Assembly (NCBI GenBank): GCA_963422375.2
Contig: OY729428.2
Span: forward strand, 1,280,001-1,344,000
DNA: 64,000 nucleotides
Reading direction: 5' to 3'
Source of the DNA: Bryobacterales bacterium
GTDB lineage: Bacteria > Acidobacteriota > Terriglobia > Bryobacterales > UBA6623
The position numbers and the translations under genes are program-made. Positions within the stretch are counted from its first letter, which is position 1, and every line of letters starts with the position of its first letter. Below, in pieces: positions 21,474 through 31,777 of this stretch. The notes beneath the pieces were generated by a model. It made no database searches. It was not told where the DNA came from and saw only the letters and a program-made list of their open reading frames with translations.

Positions 21474-22952
21474 TTGGCGTCCGGCCGGAGGCTACTATTC
21501 CCAGCCGCTCTGCTCTGGGCGGCCGGCGCCTGCACGGCGGTGCCCGAGGAGACCCGACCCGGCGAGGTTCTGACAGATTGCGAGCCGGGCGAGGAGCCGC
21601 GCGACGCCCTCTGCGCCCGGATTCCGGTCTACGAGGACCGGGACCGGGCGGCGGGCCGCGTGATCGACCTGAGCGTCGTCGTGTACCCCGCGCTGGACCG
21701 CGACCCGCAGCCGGATCCAGTCTTCTTCCTCGCCGGAGGCCCGGGCCAAGGCGCGGCCCGGGCGAGTTCCGCGCTCGCGTCGGCGTTCCGCGACGTGCGA
21801 CGGAATCGCGACCTGGTTTTTGTCGACCAGAGAGGCACCGGCGAGTCCAACGGCCTTGACTGCGAGATGGACTGGGACGACCTCCGGACCCAATTCAGCG
21901 ACGAGGCGCATCTCGAAGCGCTGCGACGCTGTCAGGACGAGTTCGACGCCGACCTGCGGCACTACACCACGCCGGTCGCGATGGACGACCTAGACGAGGT
22001 CCGCGAGAGGCTCGGATACGGGCGGATCAATCTCTGGGGCGGTTCCTACGGAACGCGCGCGGCGCTGATCTACGTTCGACGGCATGGCGAGCGGGTGCGG
22101 AGCGCGGTGTTCGACGGGGCAGTGCCGATGGCCATGGCGCTTCCGCTCGCGATGGCGGAAGACGCCCAGCGGGCCTTGGAGATGACGGTCGCAGCCTGCC
22201 AGCTGGAGGATCCGTGCCGGGCGAGATTCCCGAACCTAGCCCGCGACCTCGAGGACCTCCTCGGCCGGCTGCGACGCAAGGCACCTGTCGTCAGGGCCGT
22301 GCATCCCCGCACCGGCGAGGCCGCGGAGCTGGAGATGCGAGCAGACGTCGTCGCCTCGATCCTGCGCGTGGCGCTCTACTCGCCATCGGGGGCGTCGATG
22401 GTGCCCCTGCTGGTCAGCCAGGCGGCCCGGGGCCGCTTCGAGGGCCTGCTCGCGACGGCGCTCAGCGCCGAGAGCGCACCCGAGCAGGCGCGGATGAGCC
22501 CGGGCATGTTCTTCTCGGTGATCTGCTCGGAGGACCTGCCCTGGGCGGAACCCGAGGCGCGCCGCCGCCGAGCGGCCGGGACGTTCGTAGGGGAATCGTT
22601 CGCCGAGGAGTGGGACGAAGCATGCGAGACCTGGCCGCGCGGCGACGTGGGGTCGGACTACCGCGAGCCGGTCCGGTCGGACGTTCCGGCCTTGGTGCTT
22701 TCGGGCGAGCTCGACCCCGTCACGCCGCCGCGCTGGGGGGCCGCCCTGGCCGAGGGCTTTCCCAATGCCCTGCACGTCGTGGTCCCCGGGACGGCCCACG
22801 GAACGTCGGCCGAGGGCTGCGTGCCCGACCTCATCGCTAGGTTCTACAGGAATGGCTCGCCGGACGGCCTCGACGCCGATTGCGTCCAGGATCTGCAGCG
22901 CCCTGCGTTCTTTGTCAGCAACGCCGGCCCTCGCATGGGCCGCTCGCGATGA
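21474..22952 (+). CDS. Alpha/beta hydrolase (tripeptidyl-aminopeptidase-like), predicted lipoprotein
   Basis: Signal ending AGAC, AGGPG, DQRGTG, GGSYG nucleophile elbow, DPVTP, GTAH. Confidence 0.85.
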   Translation: MASGRRLLFPAALLWAAGACTAVPEETRPGEVLTDCEPGEEPRDALCARIPVYEDRDRAAGRVIDLSVVVYPALDRDPQPDPVFFLAGGPGQGAARASSALASAFRDVRRNRDLVFVDQRGTGESNGLDCEMDWDDLRTQFSDEAHLEALRRCQDEFDADLRHYTTPVAMDDLDEVRERLGYGRINLWGGSYGTRAALIYVRRHGERVRSAVFDGAVPMAMALPLAMAEDAQRALEMTVAACQLEDPCRARFPNLARDLEDLLGRLRRKAPVVRAVHPRTGEAAELEMRADVVASILRVALYSPSGASMVPLLVSQAARGRFEGLLATALSAESAPEQARMSPGMFFSVICSEDLPWAEPEARRRRAAGTFVGESFAEEWDEACETWPRGDVGSDYREPVRSDVPALVLSGELDPVTPPRWGAALAEGFPNALHVVVPGTAHGTSAEGCVPDLIARFYRNGSPDGLDADCVQDLQRPAFFVSNAGPRMGRSR

Positions 22953-23680
22953 TCGAAGTCCGGGATCTCGGCAAGCGTTTCGGCGACGTGGTCGCGGTGG
23001 ACGGAGTGACGTTTCGCTCCCAAGACGGGGCGGTCACAGCCCTGCTGGGTCCGAACGGCGCGGGCAAGACCACAACGCTGAGAATGATCTACGGCATGAC
23101 CCGGCCGGACCGCGGCGAGGTCTCGGTCGACGGCATCGACGCGCGCGCCGACCCGCTGGGAGCGCGCGCTCTTCTAGGGGTGCTGCCCGAAGCTCGCGGC
23201 ACGTACCCGCGGCTGACGGCTCGCGAGCACGTCGAGTATTTCGGCAGACTGCACGGCCTGCGAGGCGCGGAGCTCGACCGGCGCTGCGACGCCCTGATCG
23301 ACCTGCTGGCAATGGCCGAGATCGCTGACCGACGGGCGGGCGGGTTCTCGCACGGCGAGCGCACCAAGGTCGCCCTGGCCCGGGCCTTGGTCCATGGCCC
23401 GCGCAACGTCGTCCTGGACGAGCCGACCAGTGGTCTGGACGTGATGGCTACCCGCGCCATTCGCAAGATGATCCGCCTGCTCCGCGACGAAGGCAAGTGC
23501 GTCGTCTTCTCGAGCCATGTCATGCAAGAGGTGGCCGCGGTCTGCGATTCGCTCGTGGTCGTGGCGCGCGGGACGGTCGTAGCTTGCGGAACACCGGACG
23601 AGCTGCGGGCCAAGACCGGTCACGAGAGTCTCGAGGACGCATTCGTGGCCCTCACGGACAGCGAGGAAGGGCAACCATGA
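22949..23680 (+). CDS. ABC transporter ATP-binding protein (NatA-like)
   Basis: GPNGAGKTT, FSHG signature, LDEPTSGLD, SSH. Confidence 0.9.
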   Translation: MIEVRDLGKRFGDVVAVDGVTFRSQDGAVTALLGPNGAGKTTTLRMIYGMTRPDRGEVSVDGIDARADPLGARALLGVLPEARGTYPRLTAREHVEYFGRLHGLRGAELDRRCDALIDLLAMAEIADRRAGGFSHGERTKVALARALVHGPRNVVLDEPTSGLDVMATRAIRKMIRLLRDEGKCVVFSSHVMQEVAAVCDSLVVVARGTVVACGTPDELRAKTGHESLEDAFVALTDSEEGQP

Positions 23681-24858
23681 AGTCCGGGCGGGCTTCGTTC
23701 TGGGTCACGTTGCGCAAGGAACTGCTAGACGGCATCCGCGACCGGCGCTCGATCCTCGCCGCGCTGGTTCCCCTGGCGATGATTCCGGCAATGCTCCTGT
23801 TCGGCTTCGACCGAGCTTCCGACGAGATGGAGCGCGTTCGCAACATCAAGGTCCCGGTGACCGGCGGCGATCGTGCGGCACCCTTGATCGACTGGCTGGA
23901 CCGGCAGAGCGGCGTGGACATCGCGGACGGACCGGACGATCCGCGAGAGGCGGTGCGGAAGGGCGAGGTCGGCCTGGCCCTGGTAATACCGGAAGACTTC
24001 GCCGAGCGCTTCGACCGGTCCAAGACCGCGAAGGTGGAAGTCGTCGTCGACAGCTCGAATTCCCGCAACCGGCGCACGGCGGATCGCTTGCGCAGCCTGC
24101 TCCGCGCCTACGCGCAGCAGCTCGCGGCCCAGCGGCTCGTCGCGCGCGGGGTCAGCCCGGAGGTCATTCGACCTATCCGGGTGGCGTCGGTCGACCTTGC
24201 CACGGACCGGGAGCGCATGGCCCCGGCATTCGCCTTCCTACCCATGGTCCTGCTGATCACCGTGTTCGTCGGGGGCCTGCAGATCGCGATCGACTCCACG
24301 GCGGGCGAGCGCGAAAGGGGATCGCTCGAGCCCCTGCTGATCAACCCCGTGTCGCTGCTCTCGTTCGTCGGCGGCAAGTGGGGCGCCTCGGTGGTCTTCG
24401 CTTGGGCGTGCGCGCTGCTCGCGACAGGGATGCTGCTGGCCGTGTTGGAATACTCGCCCCTCCAGCGAGTAGGCCTGGACCTGGACCTCGGACCACCGGA
24501 GATCACGCGCATTCTGGCGGCGGCCCTGCCGCTGGCGCCGCTCGCGTCGGGGCTTCAGATGTCGGTCGCGACGCTGGCGCGCTCCTACAAGGAGGCGCAG
24601 ACCTACGTCTCGTTCCTCATGTTCGTGCCCATGGCACCACTGATGTTCTCGATCGGAGCGCCGGTGGAGCGCGCTCTCTGGAAGCTGGCGGTACCGGTGC
24701 TCGGCCAGCACGTCCTGATCACCAGCGCGTTGGAGGGGAAGCCGTTCGCTCCGCTCGATTTCTTCGTCGCCGCGGCAGCGGCCCTGGCGGCGGCGGCCGT
24801 GTTCGTCTACTTGACAGCTCGCCTGTTCCGCAGAGAGGCGATCGTGTTCGGGCGCTAG
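23677..24858 (+). CDS. ABC-2 transporter permease (NatB-like)
   Basis: KELLDGIRDRR, AGERERGSLEPLL, ARSYKEAQ, multiple hydrophobic segments. Confidence 0.88.
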   Translation: MKSGRASFWVTLRKELLDGIRDRRSILAALVPLAMIPAMLLFGFDRASDEMERVRNIKVPVTGGDRAAPLIDWLDRQSGVDIADGPDDPREAVRKGEVGLALVIPEDFAERFDRSKTAKVEVVVDSSNSRNRRTADRLRSLLRAYAQQLAAQRLVARGVSPEVIRPIRVASVDLATDRERMAPAFAFLPMVLLITVFVGGLQIAIDSTAGERERGSLEPLLINPVSLLSFVGGKWGASVVFAWACALLATGMLLAVLEYSPLQRVGLDLDLGPPEITRILAAALPLAPLASGLQMSVATLARSYKEAQTYVSFLMFVPMAPLMFSIGAPVERALWKLAVPVLGQHVLITSALEGKPFAPLDFFVAAAAALAAAAVFVYLTARLFRREAIVFGR

Positions 24859-25070
24859 ATTGCGCATCCGGATAGAGCCGTCCGTCCGAGGCGCTTGGTG
24901 CATCACCAAGACCGTGCCACTCTCCGCGATCCCGGACGACGAGATGGACGGGCGTCCGCGCTAGGCAGCCTGCCCTGGGTCCGCCATCCCGGCACCGGCC
25001 TCGGAACTCCCGGCCGACGGAGGGAGCGCTAGTGACCGCAAATCCGCTTCACGGGATTTCAAGTCAATGA

Positions 25071-25083
25071 AATCAACGACTTG
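25071..25083 (+). promoter_or_regulatory. IHF consensus site in AT-rich intergenic patch
   Basis: AATCAACGACTTG matches WATCAANNNNTTR exactly. Confidence 0.35.
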
Positions 25084-25559
25084 CCGGCGCGCTTTCCGAG
25101 AGACTCAATACTTGAGGGGAGTCGGGGGCACCCGAGCCCACCTGCCTCGCGGCCCGGATGCTACTGCCTCCAAGCCAGCGCCGCGAGCAACCGGAATCCA
25201 AGCTTCCCGGTGCGTCCCGACTGCATTCGAGAGAAGGCCGCGGCTCGCCCCAGCGGCCCGCGAGATTGGAGTCCAAGGGGCCGCGACGGGAAGGTCACTC
25301 CCGAAGCGCCGCGGGAAACACGGGAGCACAAGACCGCACCGCGGTCGCGGGCCAGCCGCTCCCTGTCGGCCTCGATGAACGAGAGGACGCCGCACAGCCA
25401 AGAAGCCTCGTGCCCCACCGGCAATTCCAAGACCGGAGAATCCATGGGAACGGTCCATTGGCTAACACAGCCGCGCCACCAGACCTCCTCCTTTCCGAGA
25501 ACCGAGACGGGTCGGCCGACCCTTGGCGCTGAGCGCCTACCGGCGGGTAGAATCGTGGC

Positions 25560-26756
25560 GTGCTGCGAATCCTGCTTGCCGCCCTGCTGGCGGCGCACGC
25601 CGTCGGAGGTAGCGCCCAAGTGAGAGAGTTCACTATTCACGTCGACGATTTCGCGCTCGCGGACTTGAAGGCCCGTCTCGAGCGGACGCGATTGCCGGAC
25701 CAGATTCCCGGCTCCGGCTGGGAGTACGGCACCGACAGAGACTACATGGAGGAGCTTCTGGCGTACTGGCGCACCGAGTACGACTGGCGCAAGCACGAGG
25801 CCGCGCTGAACGCACTTCCGCACTTCAAGACCGAGATCGACGGGATCGACCTGCACTTCATCCACGTCCGCTCGCAAGTGCCGGACGCGATGCCGCTGGT
25901 GATCACGCACGGCTGGCCGGGTTCCGTGTACGAGTTCCTCGAGGTGGTCGGTCCACTGACCGACCCGGCCGCGCACGGGCGCGAGCCCGCGGACGCTTTC
26001 CATGTCGTGCTGCCGTCAATGCCCGGCTACGGTTTCTCCGGGCCCTCACGCGAGCGGGGCATGAGCGTGGACCGAGTCGCCGGGGTGGTAGCGAAGCTCG
26101 TGCAGCGTCTCGGCTACGACCGCTACGGGGCGCAGGGAGGCGACTGGGGCTCGGGCGTCTCGGCGTGGCTGGCTCGAGACCACCCGGACCGGCTGATCGG
26201 CATCCACCTGAACATGGTCGGCGGAGGGCCTCCCGAGGGCATGGCGGACCCGGAGGCCGGCATTCCCGAGTGGGAGCTGAACCGTCACAAGGAGCGCTCC
26301 GACTGGTGGCGCGGCGAGAACGCCTACGGCAACATCCAAGGCACCAAGCCGCTGACGCTGGCCTACGGTCTCAACGACTCGCCGGCTGGGCTGGCTGCCT
26401 GGGTCGTCGAGAAGTTCCGCGCTTGGAGCGACTGTGACGGCGACGTGGAGAAGCGGTTCACCAAGGACCAGCTTCTGACGAACGTGATGCTCTACTGGGT
26501 CTCCGAGAGCATGCCCTCGGCGGTCCGGCTCTACTACGAGTCGAGACGCACCGGGCGCAGGGCAGGCCGGGTCCAGGTTCCGACCGCGGTCGCGGTATTC
26601 CCGGGCGAGATCTTCTTCTCTCCGCGCAAATGGGTCGAAGCGCGCTACAACGTCGTCCAGTGGACCGAAATGCCCCGCGGAGGGCACTTCGCCGCAATGG
26701 AGGAGCCAGACCTGTACCTGGACGACGTGACGAACTTTTTCCGGGGGCTGCGGTAG
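25560..26756 (+). CDS. Epoxide hydrolase (EHN + alpha/beta hydrolase), with signal peptide
   Basis: HGWPGS, PSMPGYGFS, QGGDWG, DSPAGLAAW, GGHFAAME. Confidence 0.92.
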   Translation: MLRILLAALLAAHAVGGSAQVREFTIHVDDFALADLKARLERTRLPDQIPGSGWEYGTDRDYMEELLAYWRTEYDWRKHEAALNALPHFKTEIDGIDLHFIHVRSQVPDAMPLVITHGWPGSVYEFLEVVGPLTDPAAHGREPADAFHVVLPSMPGYGFSGPSRERGMSVDRVAGVVAKLVQRLGYDRYGAQGGDWGSGVSAWLARDHPDRLIGIHLNMVGGGPPEGMADPEAGIPEWELNRHKERSDWWRGENAYGNIQGTKPLTLAYGLNDSPAGLAAWVVEKFRAWSDCDGDVEKRFTKDQLLTNVMLYWVSESMPSAVRLYYESRRTGRRAGRVQVPTAVAVFPGEIFFSPRKWVEARYNVVQWTEMPRGGHFAAMEEPDLYLDDVTNFFRGLR

Positions 26757-26786
26757 CGCTAGCGCGCAGCCGCCCGGAACGGCGGT

Positions 26787-27825
26787 TCAACTCCCGGCCA
26801 GCGCCGCGAGCCCAGCTTGGATCTCCTCCTCCGGAATCCAGCGCCCCCGCGCCATGACTCCGACGCGACGCGCCACGTTCGACACGCTGTCGAGGGGATT
26901 CGCCTCGAGCAGCACGAGATCGGCGCGCCGCCCGGAAGCGACGACCCCGAAGTCCGCGCTGCCGAAGTGCTCCGCGGCGTTGCGGGTCGCGCTCGCGAGA
27001 ATCTCGAACGGCGTCAGGCCCGCCTCGGCCATGATCCGCATCTCGCGGTGAATCGAAAACCCGGGCACGTTGAAGACCTGCGGCGCGTCGGTGCCGAACA
27101 CGATCCGCGCGCCTTCGTCCTGCAGCGCCTTGAGCACTTTCCTGCGAATCTCGATGACGCGCGCGCCGGACGCCGGGTCGAGGCGCTCGCGCCGACCGGC
27201 CTGCGATTCGGCCCAAGCCTTCACGGTGTCGGTCGGCATGTACTTCAGCTCGTCTAGGGCCGTATAGCTGTCGGTCGGGACATCGGCGTTGAAGGTCTCC
27301 CACAGCGCCATGGTCGGCACCGCCGAGGCATTCGCGAGCTTGGCTGCCGCCACCAGTGCCGGGATGCCAGCCTCGTCCGCGTGCAGGCCCATCGTGCGGG
27401 CGCGGTCCGCAGGCTCCGCGCGGCGGACCGGGGAGTCGCTCGGAATGAGCGCCTCGAGGAAATTGTCGAGGTGGTCGATGCTGCCCTGGCCGGCCGCGAG
27501 AGCGTGCAGCAGACCCACGTCGTTCGGCACGTGCCCGCCGAACGCAATCCCGGCCTGCCGGGCCTCGTCGGCGATCGCGTCGTAGACCTCGACGTTGAGG
27601 CCCTCCAATATCTTCAGCAGGTCGAAGCCCGCTTCCTTCTGCTCGCGCACGCGCTTCCGCGCCTCGTCCGGGGAAAGATCCGGCGTGCCCCGGAAGGGCA
27701 TCCCCGCGGCGTAAATCGTCGGGCCGAGGCGCTCCCCGGACTCGACCTGCCGGCGCAGGTCGAGGTGAGCGGGGTTGCCGAGCATGCCGCGCACCGTGGT
27801 GACGCCGTTGGAGAGGAACAGCGAC
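26787..27825 (-). pseudogene. Amidohydrolase family gene, 5'-truncated at the prophage boundary
   Basis: LFLSNGVTTVRGM, GHVP, SIDH, GTDAP, ADLVLLEANPL present; the frame closes at about 27878 with no N-terminal HxH metal motif or start. Confidence 0.75.
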
Positions 27826-27950
27826 TGCCGCTCCGGCCGTCGGCCCTCCGCCGCCGGTACCGACTGGCAAATCCATTAGCCGCAACGACTTGCGGCAGGA
27901 CGCCGCTGCGCGCGGGACGCGAGGGGAAAGCGCTGTTCGCGGCGCATTCC

Positions 27951-27997
27951 GTCCACAGAGCGTCCACGCGAGCGGATTCTGTCCACGTTCCGTCCAC
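27951..27997 (+). repeat. Two pairs of GTCCAC direct repeats (11-bp period), candidate integrase arm-type sites
   Basis: GTCCAC at 27951, 27962, 27981 and 27992, just inside the prophage left boundary. Confidence 0.45.
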
Positions 27998-28575
27998 GCC
28001 CCCGGGGCCGCGGACGGCCAGTAGATTTCCTCGCCCGCGAGGGCGAGCGGCTCCAAGCGGGCAGCCGCCGGCTATCGCGCCGGGCAAGCAGCGGGACGGC
28101 CGGGGATCTGTCGTGGGTCGCCTTCCCGAAGCGGAGAGAAAACCGCGGAAACCGCAGCTTGCAAGCCCCCTGCAGGGTCGTCAGGGCCGGTGACCCGGCC
28201 CCTTCCGCGGCGCAATCGCCGGGAGCGGAAGGGGCCGGGCCGCTAATCCGGGCTGCAGGCAAGAGGTACAGGCTCCGCGCCGCCGAAGATCCGAGGCGCG
28301 GGAGCGAAGCGACGCCCGGCTCCACGCCGAGTTCTGCTTCGCAGGGGGGGCGCGCTTAGGCCAAGCCCCCCCTGCGCTTCGCTCCACCCTCACCATCCAA
28401 GTTAGAGGGCCTCGGGGCGCGAAGGGGAGGCGCAGGGAGCCGGGAGACAGGGAGCGGGCGAGGCGAGAGGCGGCCGGATCGGGGACCCGGGGGAGGACCC
28501 GGGGGAGGACCCGGGAGAGGCGGATCCGGGCGAGATTGCCGCGATCCCTTAACGGGTTCGAAGCGCGAGCGGCCT

Positions 28576-28708
28576 CTCGCGGCTCGCGGCGGCACGGATA
28601 CGATCCGCAACGGGGCTCGCGGCTCGCGGCGGCACGGATACGATCCGCAACGGGGCTCGCGGCTCGCGGCGGCACGGATACGATCCGCAACGGGGCTCGC
28701 GGCTCGCG
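28576..28708 (+). repeat. Perfect 40-bp tandem repeat, about 3.3 copies
   Basis: ggctcgcggcggcacggatacgatccgcaacggggctcgc at 28581, 28621 and 28661. Confidence 0.95.
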
Positions 28709-28902
28709 TGCCGGTCCGATGGTGTACCATGGATTCAGCCGCCCTTCGCAGGCGGCGGCCCGACTCCTGGCGGGCCGGACGGTCCGACCGTCCAAAAACA
28801 ACCGTAGCCGGGAACGCCGCGCCCCCCGTGCGCCTTCCCTCGGCGCCCGGCCGGGCGCGAGCCGACCCGGCCCTGCTGCGCCGCGGCCGACCATGCCGAG
28901 GG

Positions 28903-29160
28903 ATGGAATACCGATTCGCCGAACCCGTGCTCCTGTACTGCGGGGGCATGCGCATGCGCGCCCTGCGAGCCGAGGAGGCGCTGCGCCTGATCGCGCGCGG
29001 CAGCGTGGCTCGGCCGCGGCGCAAGGTGGTGCGCTACCTCGAGATCCGCCACCCGGGCGCGAAGGGGCTGCCCGGCCGGACCGCCGGCTGGCGCACGGTC
29101 TACCGCGAGCGGCTCGGGAGCGGCGGCACGGTCTGGCAGCACCGCTTCGCCCGCCTTTAG
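28903..29160 (+). CDS. Hypothetical phage protein
   Basis: 85-aa ORF (MEYRFAEPVLL...) with GAGG upstream and phage-like codon usage. Confidence 0.5.
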   Translation: MEYRFAEPVLLYCGGMRMRALRAEEALRLIARGSVARPRRKVVRYLEIRHPGAKGLPGRTAGWRTVYRERLGSGGTVWQHRFARL

Positions 29161-29221
29161 CGCCTTTAGCGCGGATCTGCCAGAAAATCTTACAAGGGAA
29201 CAGTCAGGGAACCTGAGCGGA

Positions 29222-29638
29222 ATGCTGTCGCGGAAGCCGGCCGGGGAGCGCCCGGGCCGGCGCGGCTCGTCGGCGAGCCGGGGCTACGGGCACCGCTGGC
29301 GCCTGGCCCGCGCCGGCTACCTGCGCCTGCATCCGCTGTGCCGGCCGTGCGCGCGGGCGGGGCGCGCGCGGGCGGCCGCGGTGGTCGATCACGTGCGGCC
29401 CCACCGGGGCGACCGGGCCCTGTTCTGGGACCCGGCCAACTGGCAGCCGCTGTGCCGGCCGTGCCACGACTCGCGCAAGCAGCGCGAGGAGCGCCGCGGC
29501 TACGCGGCCGGGCCGGGTCCGGACGGCTGGCCGGCGGACCCGCGGCACCCGGCCAACCGGCAGGGGGGTAGGGGGGGCGAAAACCCCGCCCGCCCGCCCC
29601 GAGACCGGATTCGGGCGAAAAAAATCGCTAAAGCGTAG
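29222..29638 (+). CDS. Terminase-associated HNH endonuclease
   Basis: RGYGHRW, HPLCRPC, VVDHVRPHRGD..LFWD..NWQPLCRPCHDSRK. Confidence 0.92.
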   Translation: MLSRKPAGERPGRRGSSASRGYGHRWRLARAGYLRLHPLCRPCARAGRARAAAVVDHVRPHRGDRALFWDPANWQPLCRPCHDSRKQREERRGYAAGPGPDGWPADPRHPANRQGGRGGENPARPPRDRIRAKKIAKA

Positions 29639-29648
29639 GAATTTCGCA

Positions 29649-30077
29649 TTGGACAACCAGCGCGGCCGCAAGCCGGCGGCCCGGCTCCCCGCGCCCGACG
29701 CGGGCGCGATCCAGGTGCTCGAGCGCCAGCCGCCCCCGGAGCGGCTGAGCGCGTCCGAGCGGGCCGCGTGGGCCGAGGTGGTCGACGGCATGCCCGCGGA
29801 GTGGTTCTCGGGCCCGTCGATCGCGCTGCTGGAGCAGTACTGCGGCCACGTGGCCTCGGCGCGGCGCATCGCGGCGTGGATCGCGCTGGCCGAGAGCGAG
29901 GGCCTCGGAGGCGGGGGCGCGAGCCTCGACGAGTACGAGCGCCTGCTGCGCCTGCGCGAGCGCGAGACGCGGGCCGTGGCCAGCCTGGCCACGAAGATGC
30001 GCATCTCGCAGCAGGCCACGATCAACCAGCGCGGCAATCCGGCCGTCGCGCGCGGGAGCAAGCCGTGGGAGTGCTGA
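29649..30077 (+). CDS. Terminase small subunit (P27-like)
   Basis: Position between HNH and terL; PPERLS...W, LLEQYC, LATKMRIS. Confidence 0.75.
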   Translation: MDNQRGRKPAARLPAPDAGAIQVLERQPPPERLSASERAAWAEVVDGMPAEWFSGPSIALLEQYCGHVASARRIAAWIALAESEGLGGGGASLDEYERLLRLRERETRAVASLATKMRISQQATINQRGNPAVARGSKPWEC

Positions 30078-31618
30078 AGCGCTCGACGCGCAACGCCCGC
30101 TGGATCGAGCGCTACTGCCGCGTGCCCGAGGGCCGGGACGTGGGCCGCGCGCTGAAGCTGCGGCCGTTCCAGCGCCGCATCCTGCGCCTGATCTACGACA
30201 ACGCCGCCGGCACGCGCACGGCGATCGTGTCGATGGGCCGCAAGAACGGCAAGACCACCCTGCTGGCCTGCCTGCTCCTGCTGCACCTGGCCGGGCCCGA
30301 GGCCCGGCCCAACGCGCAGCTCTACTCGGCGGCCCAGTCGCGGGACCAGGCCGCCCTGCTGTACGGGCTGGCCGCGAAGATGGTGCGGCTCTCGCCGGAC
30401 CTGGCGGGCCACGTGCGCGCCCGCGAGACGGCCAAGCAGCTGCTCTGCCCCGAGCTGGGCACGGTCTACCGGGCCCTCTCGGCGGAGGCGAGGACGTCCT
30501 ACGGCATCAGCCCGACGTTCGTCGTGCACGACGAGCTGGGCCAGGTGCGCGGGCCGCGGTCGGAGCTCTACGACGCCCTCGAGACGGCCGTCGGGGCGCA
30601 CGAGGAGCCCCTCACGGTGATCATCTCGACGCAGGCGCGGCGCGACGAGGACCTGCTCTCGCAGCTGATCGACGACGCCGCGGCCGGGCACGACCCGCAT
30701 ACCGTGCTGGCGCTGTGGACGGCCGATCCGGAACTGGACCCGTTCGGCGCGAAGGCCATGCGGCAGGCCTGCCCGGCCTACCGCGACTTCCTCGTGGCCG
30801 GCCAGGTGCGGCAGCTCGCGGAGCGGGCCCGGCGCATGCCCAGCCGCGAGGCGGCCTACCGCAACCTGATCCTCAACCAGCGCGTCGCGGACAAGGCCGA
30901 GAGCTGGCTGACGGCGGCTCTGTGGCGCTCCGCCCAGGCGGACCTGGACCTCGCGGGCTACGCGGGCCGGCCGTGCTGGGGCGGGCTGGACCTCTCCCTG
31001 ACCAAGGATCTGACGGCGCTGGTGCTGGCCTTCGAGGCCGGCGCGCGGCGCTGGGACGCGTTCGCTTGGCACTGGATGCCGGGCGACCGCGTGGCCGAGG
31101 CCTGCGAGACCGACGGGGCGCCCTACGACGCCTGGCGGCGCGAGGGCTTCCTGCGGGCGCCGCCGGGCCCGGTGGTCGACTACGCCCGCGTGGCCCGCGA
31201 GCTGGCGGGCCTGTGCGAGCTGTACCGCGTGCGCGAGATCGCCTACGACCGGCACAAGGTCGAGCTGCTGCGGCACGAGCTGGACAGGATCGGGCAGCGC
31301 GTGCCGCTGGCTCCGCACGGGCAGGGCTTCGCCAAGTCCTCCGAGACGGGCATGTGGATGCCGGGCTCGATCGAGGAGACCGAGGCGGCCCTGCTCGAGG
31401 GCCGCCTGCGGGTCGCGCGCAACCCGCTGCTGACGTGGTGCGCGGGCAACGCGGTCTGCGTGCCCAGCTCCCTCGAGCCCGCCGACCGGCGCTTCGACAA
31501 GCGTCGCGCGACGGGGCGCATCGACGGGGCGGTGGCCCTGGTGCAGGCCCTCGGGGCGGCCACGCGCCTGCCCCGGGGCCCGCGGAAGATCCGCTTCGAG
31601 AGGCTGGCGGTGGCATGA
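30071..31618 (+). CDS. Terminase large subunit
   Basis: LRPFQ, GRKNGKT Walker A, VHDELG Walker B, IISTQ, GLDLS..KDLTA, RIDGAVA; GTG start 30071. Confidence 0.96.
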   Translation: MLKRSTRNARWIERYCRVPEGRDVGRALKLRPFQRRILRLIYDNAAGTRTAIVSMGRKNGKTTLLACLLLLHLAGPEARPNAQLYSAAQSRDQAALLYGLAAKMVRLSPDLAGHVRARETAKQLLCPELGTVYRALSAEARTSYGISPTFVVHDELGQVRGPRSELYDALETAVGAHEEPLTVIISTQARRDEDLLSQLIDDAAAGHDPHTVLALWTADPELDPFGAKAMRQACPAYRDFLVAGQVRQLAERARRMPSREAAYRNLILNQRVADKAESWLTAALWRSAQADLDLAGYAGRPCWGGLDLSLTKDLTALVLAFEAGARRWDAFAWHWMPGDRVAEACETDGAPYDAWRREGFLRAPPGPVVDYARVARELAGLCELYRVREIAYDRHKVELLRHELDRIGQRVPLAPHGQGFAKSSETGMWMPGSIEETEAALLEGRLRVARNPLLTWCAGNAVCVPSSLEPADRRFDKRRATGRIDGAVALVQALGAATRLPRGPRKIRFERLAVA

Positions 31619-31773
31619 CGCGCGAGCGCCTGCGCACGGCGGCGGCCGTCGAGTCGCTGGCCGGGGCGGCGACGGCCTGCGCGGGCCTGTGGTCGTGGAG
31701 CCCGCCGGCGGCCCTGGTGTGCCTGGGGGCCCTGCTGATGCTCGACGCCTGGCGGCTGCGGGAGCGCTGCTGA
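31615..31773 (+). CDS. Small membrane protein between terL and portal
   Basis: 52-aa hydrophobic ORF overlapping the terL stop (ATGA). Confidence 0.6.
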   Translation: MTRERLRTAAAVESLAGAATACAGLWSWSPPAALVCLGALLMLDAWRLRERC

Positions 31774-31777
31774 GCCG

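Noticed and set aside
24860..25555. Short ORFs or IS remnant between permease and epoxide hydrolase
   Set aside because: No transposase motifs or terminal inverted repeats found; only an IHF-like site
27780..27900. tRNA as the prophage integration site
   Set aside because: No cloverleaf or T-loop/CCA signature; the junction falls within a CDS
28576..28708. 40-bp repeat as a CRISPR array
   Set aside because: Units are head-to-tail with no unique spacers and no cas genes
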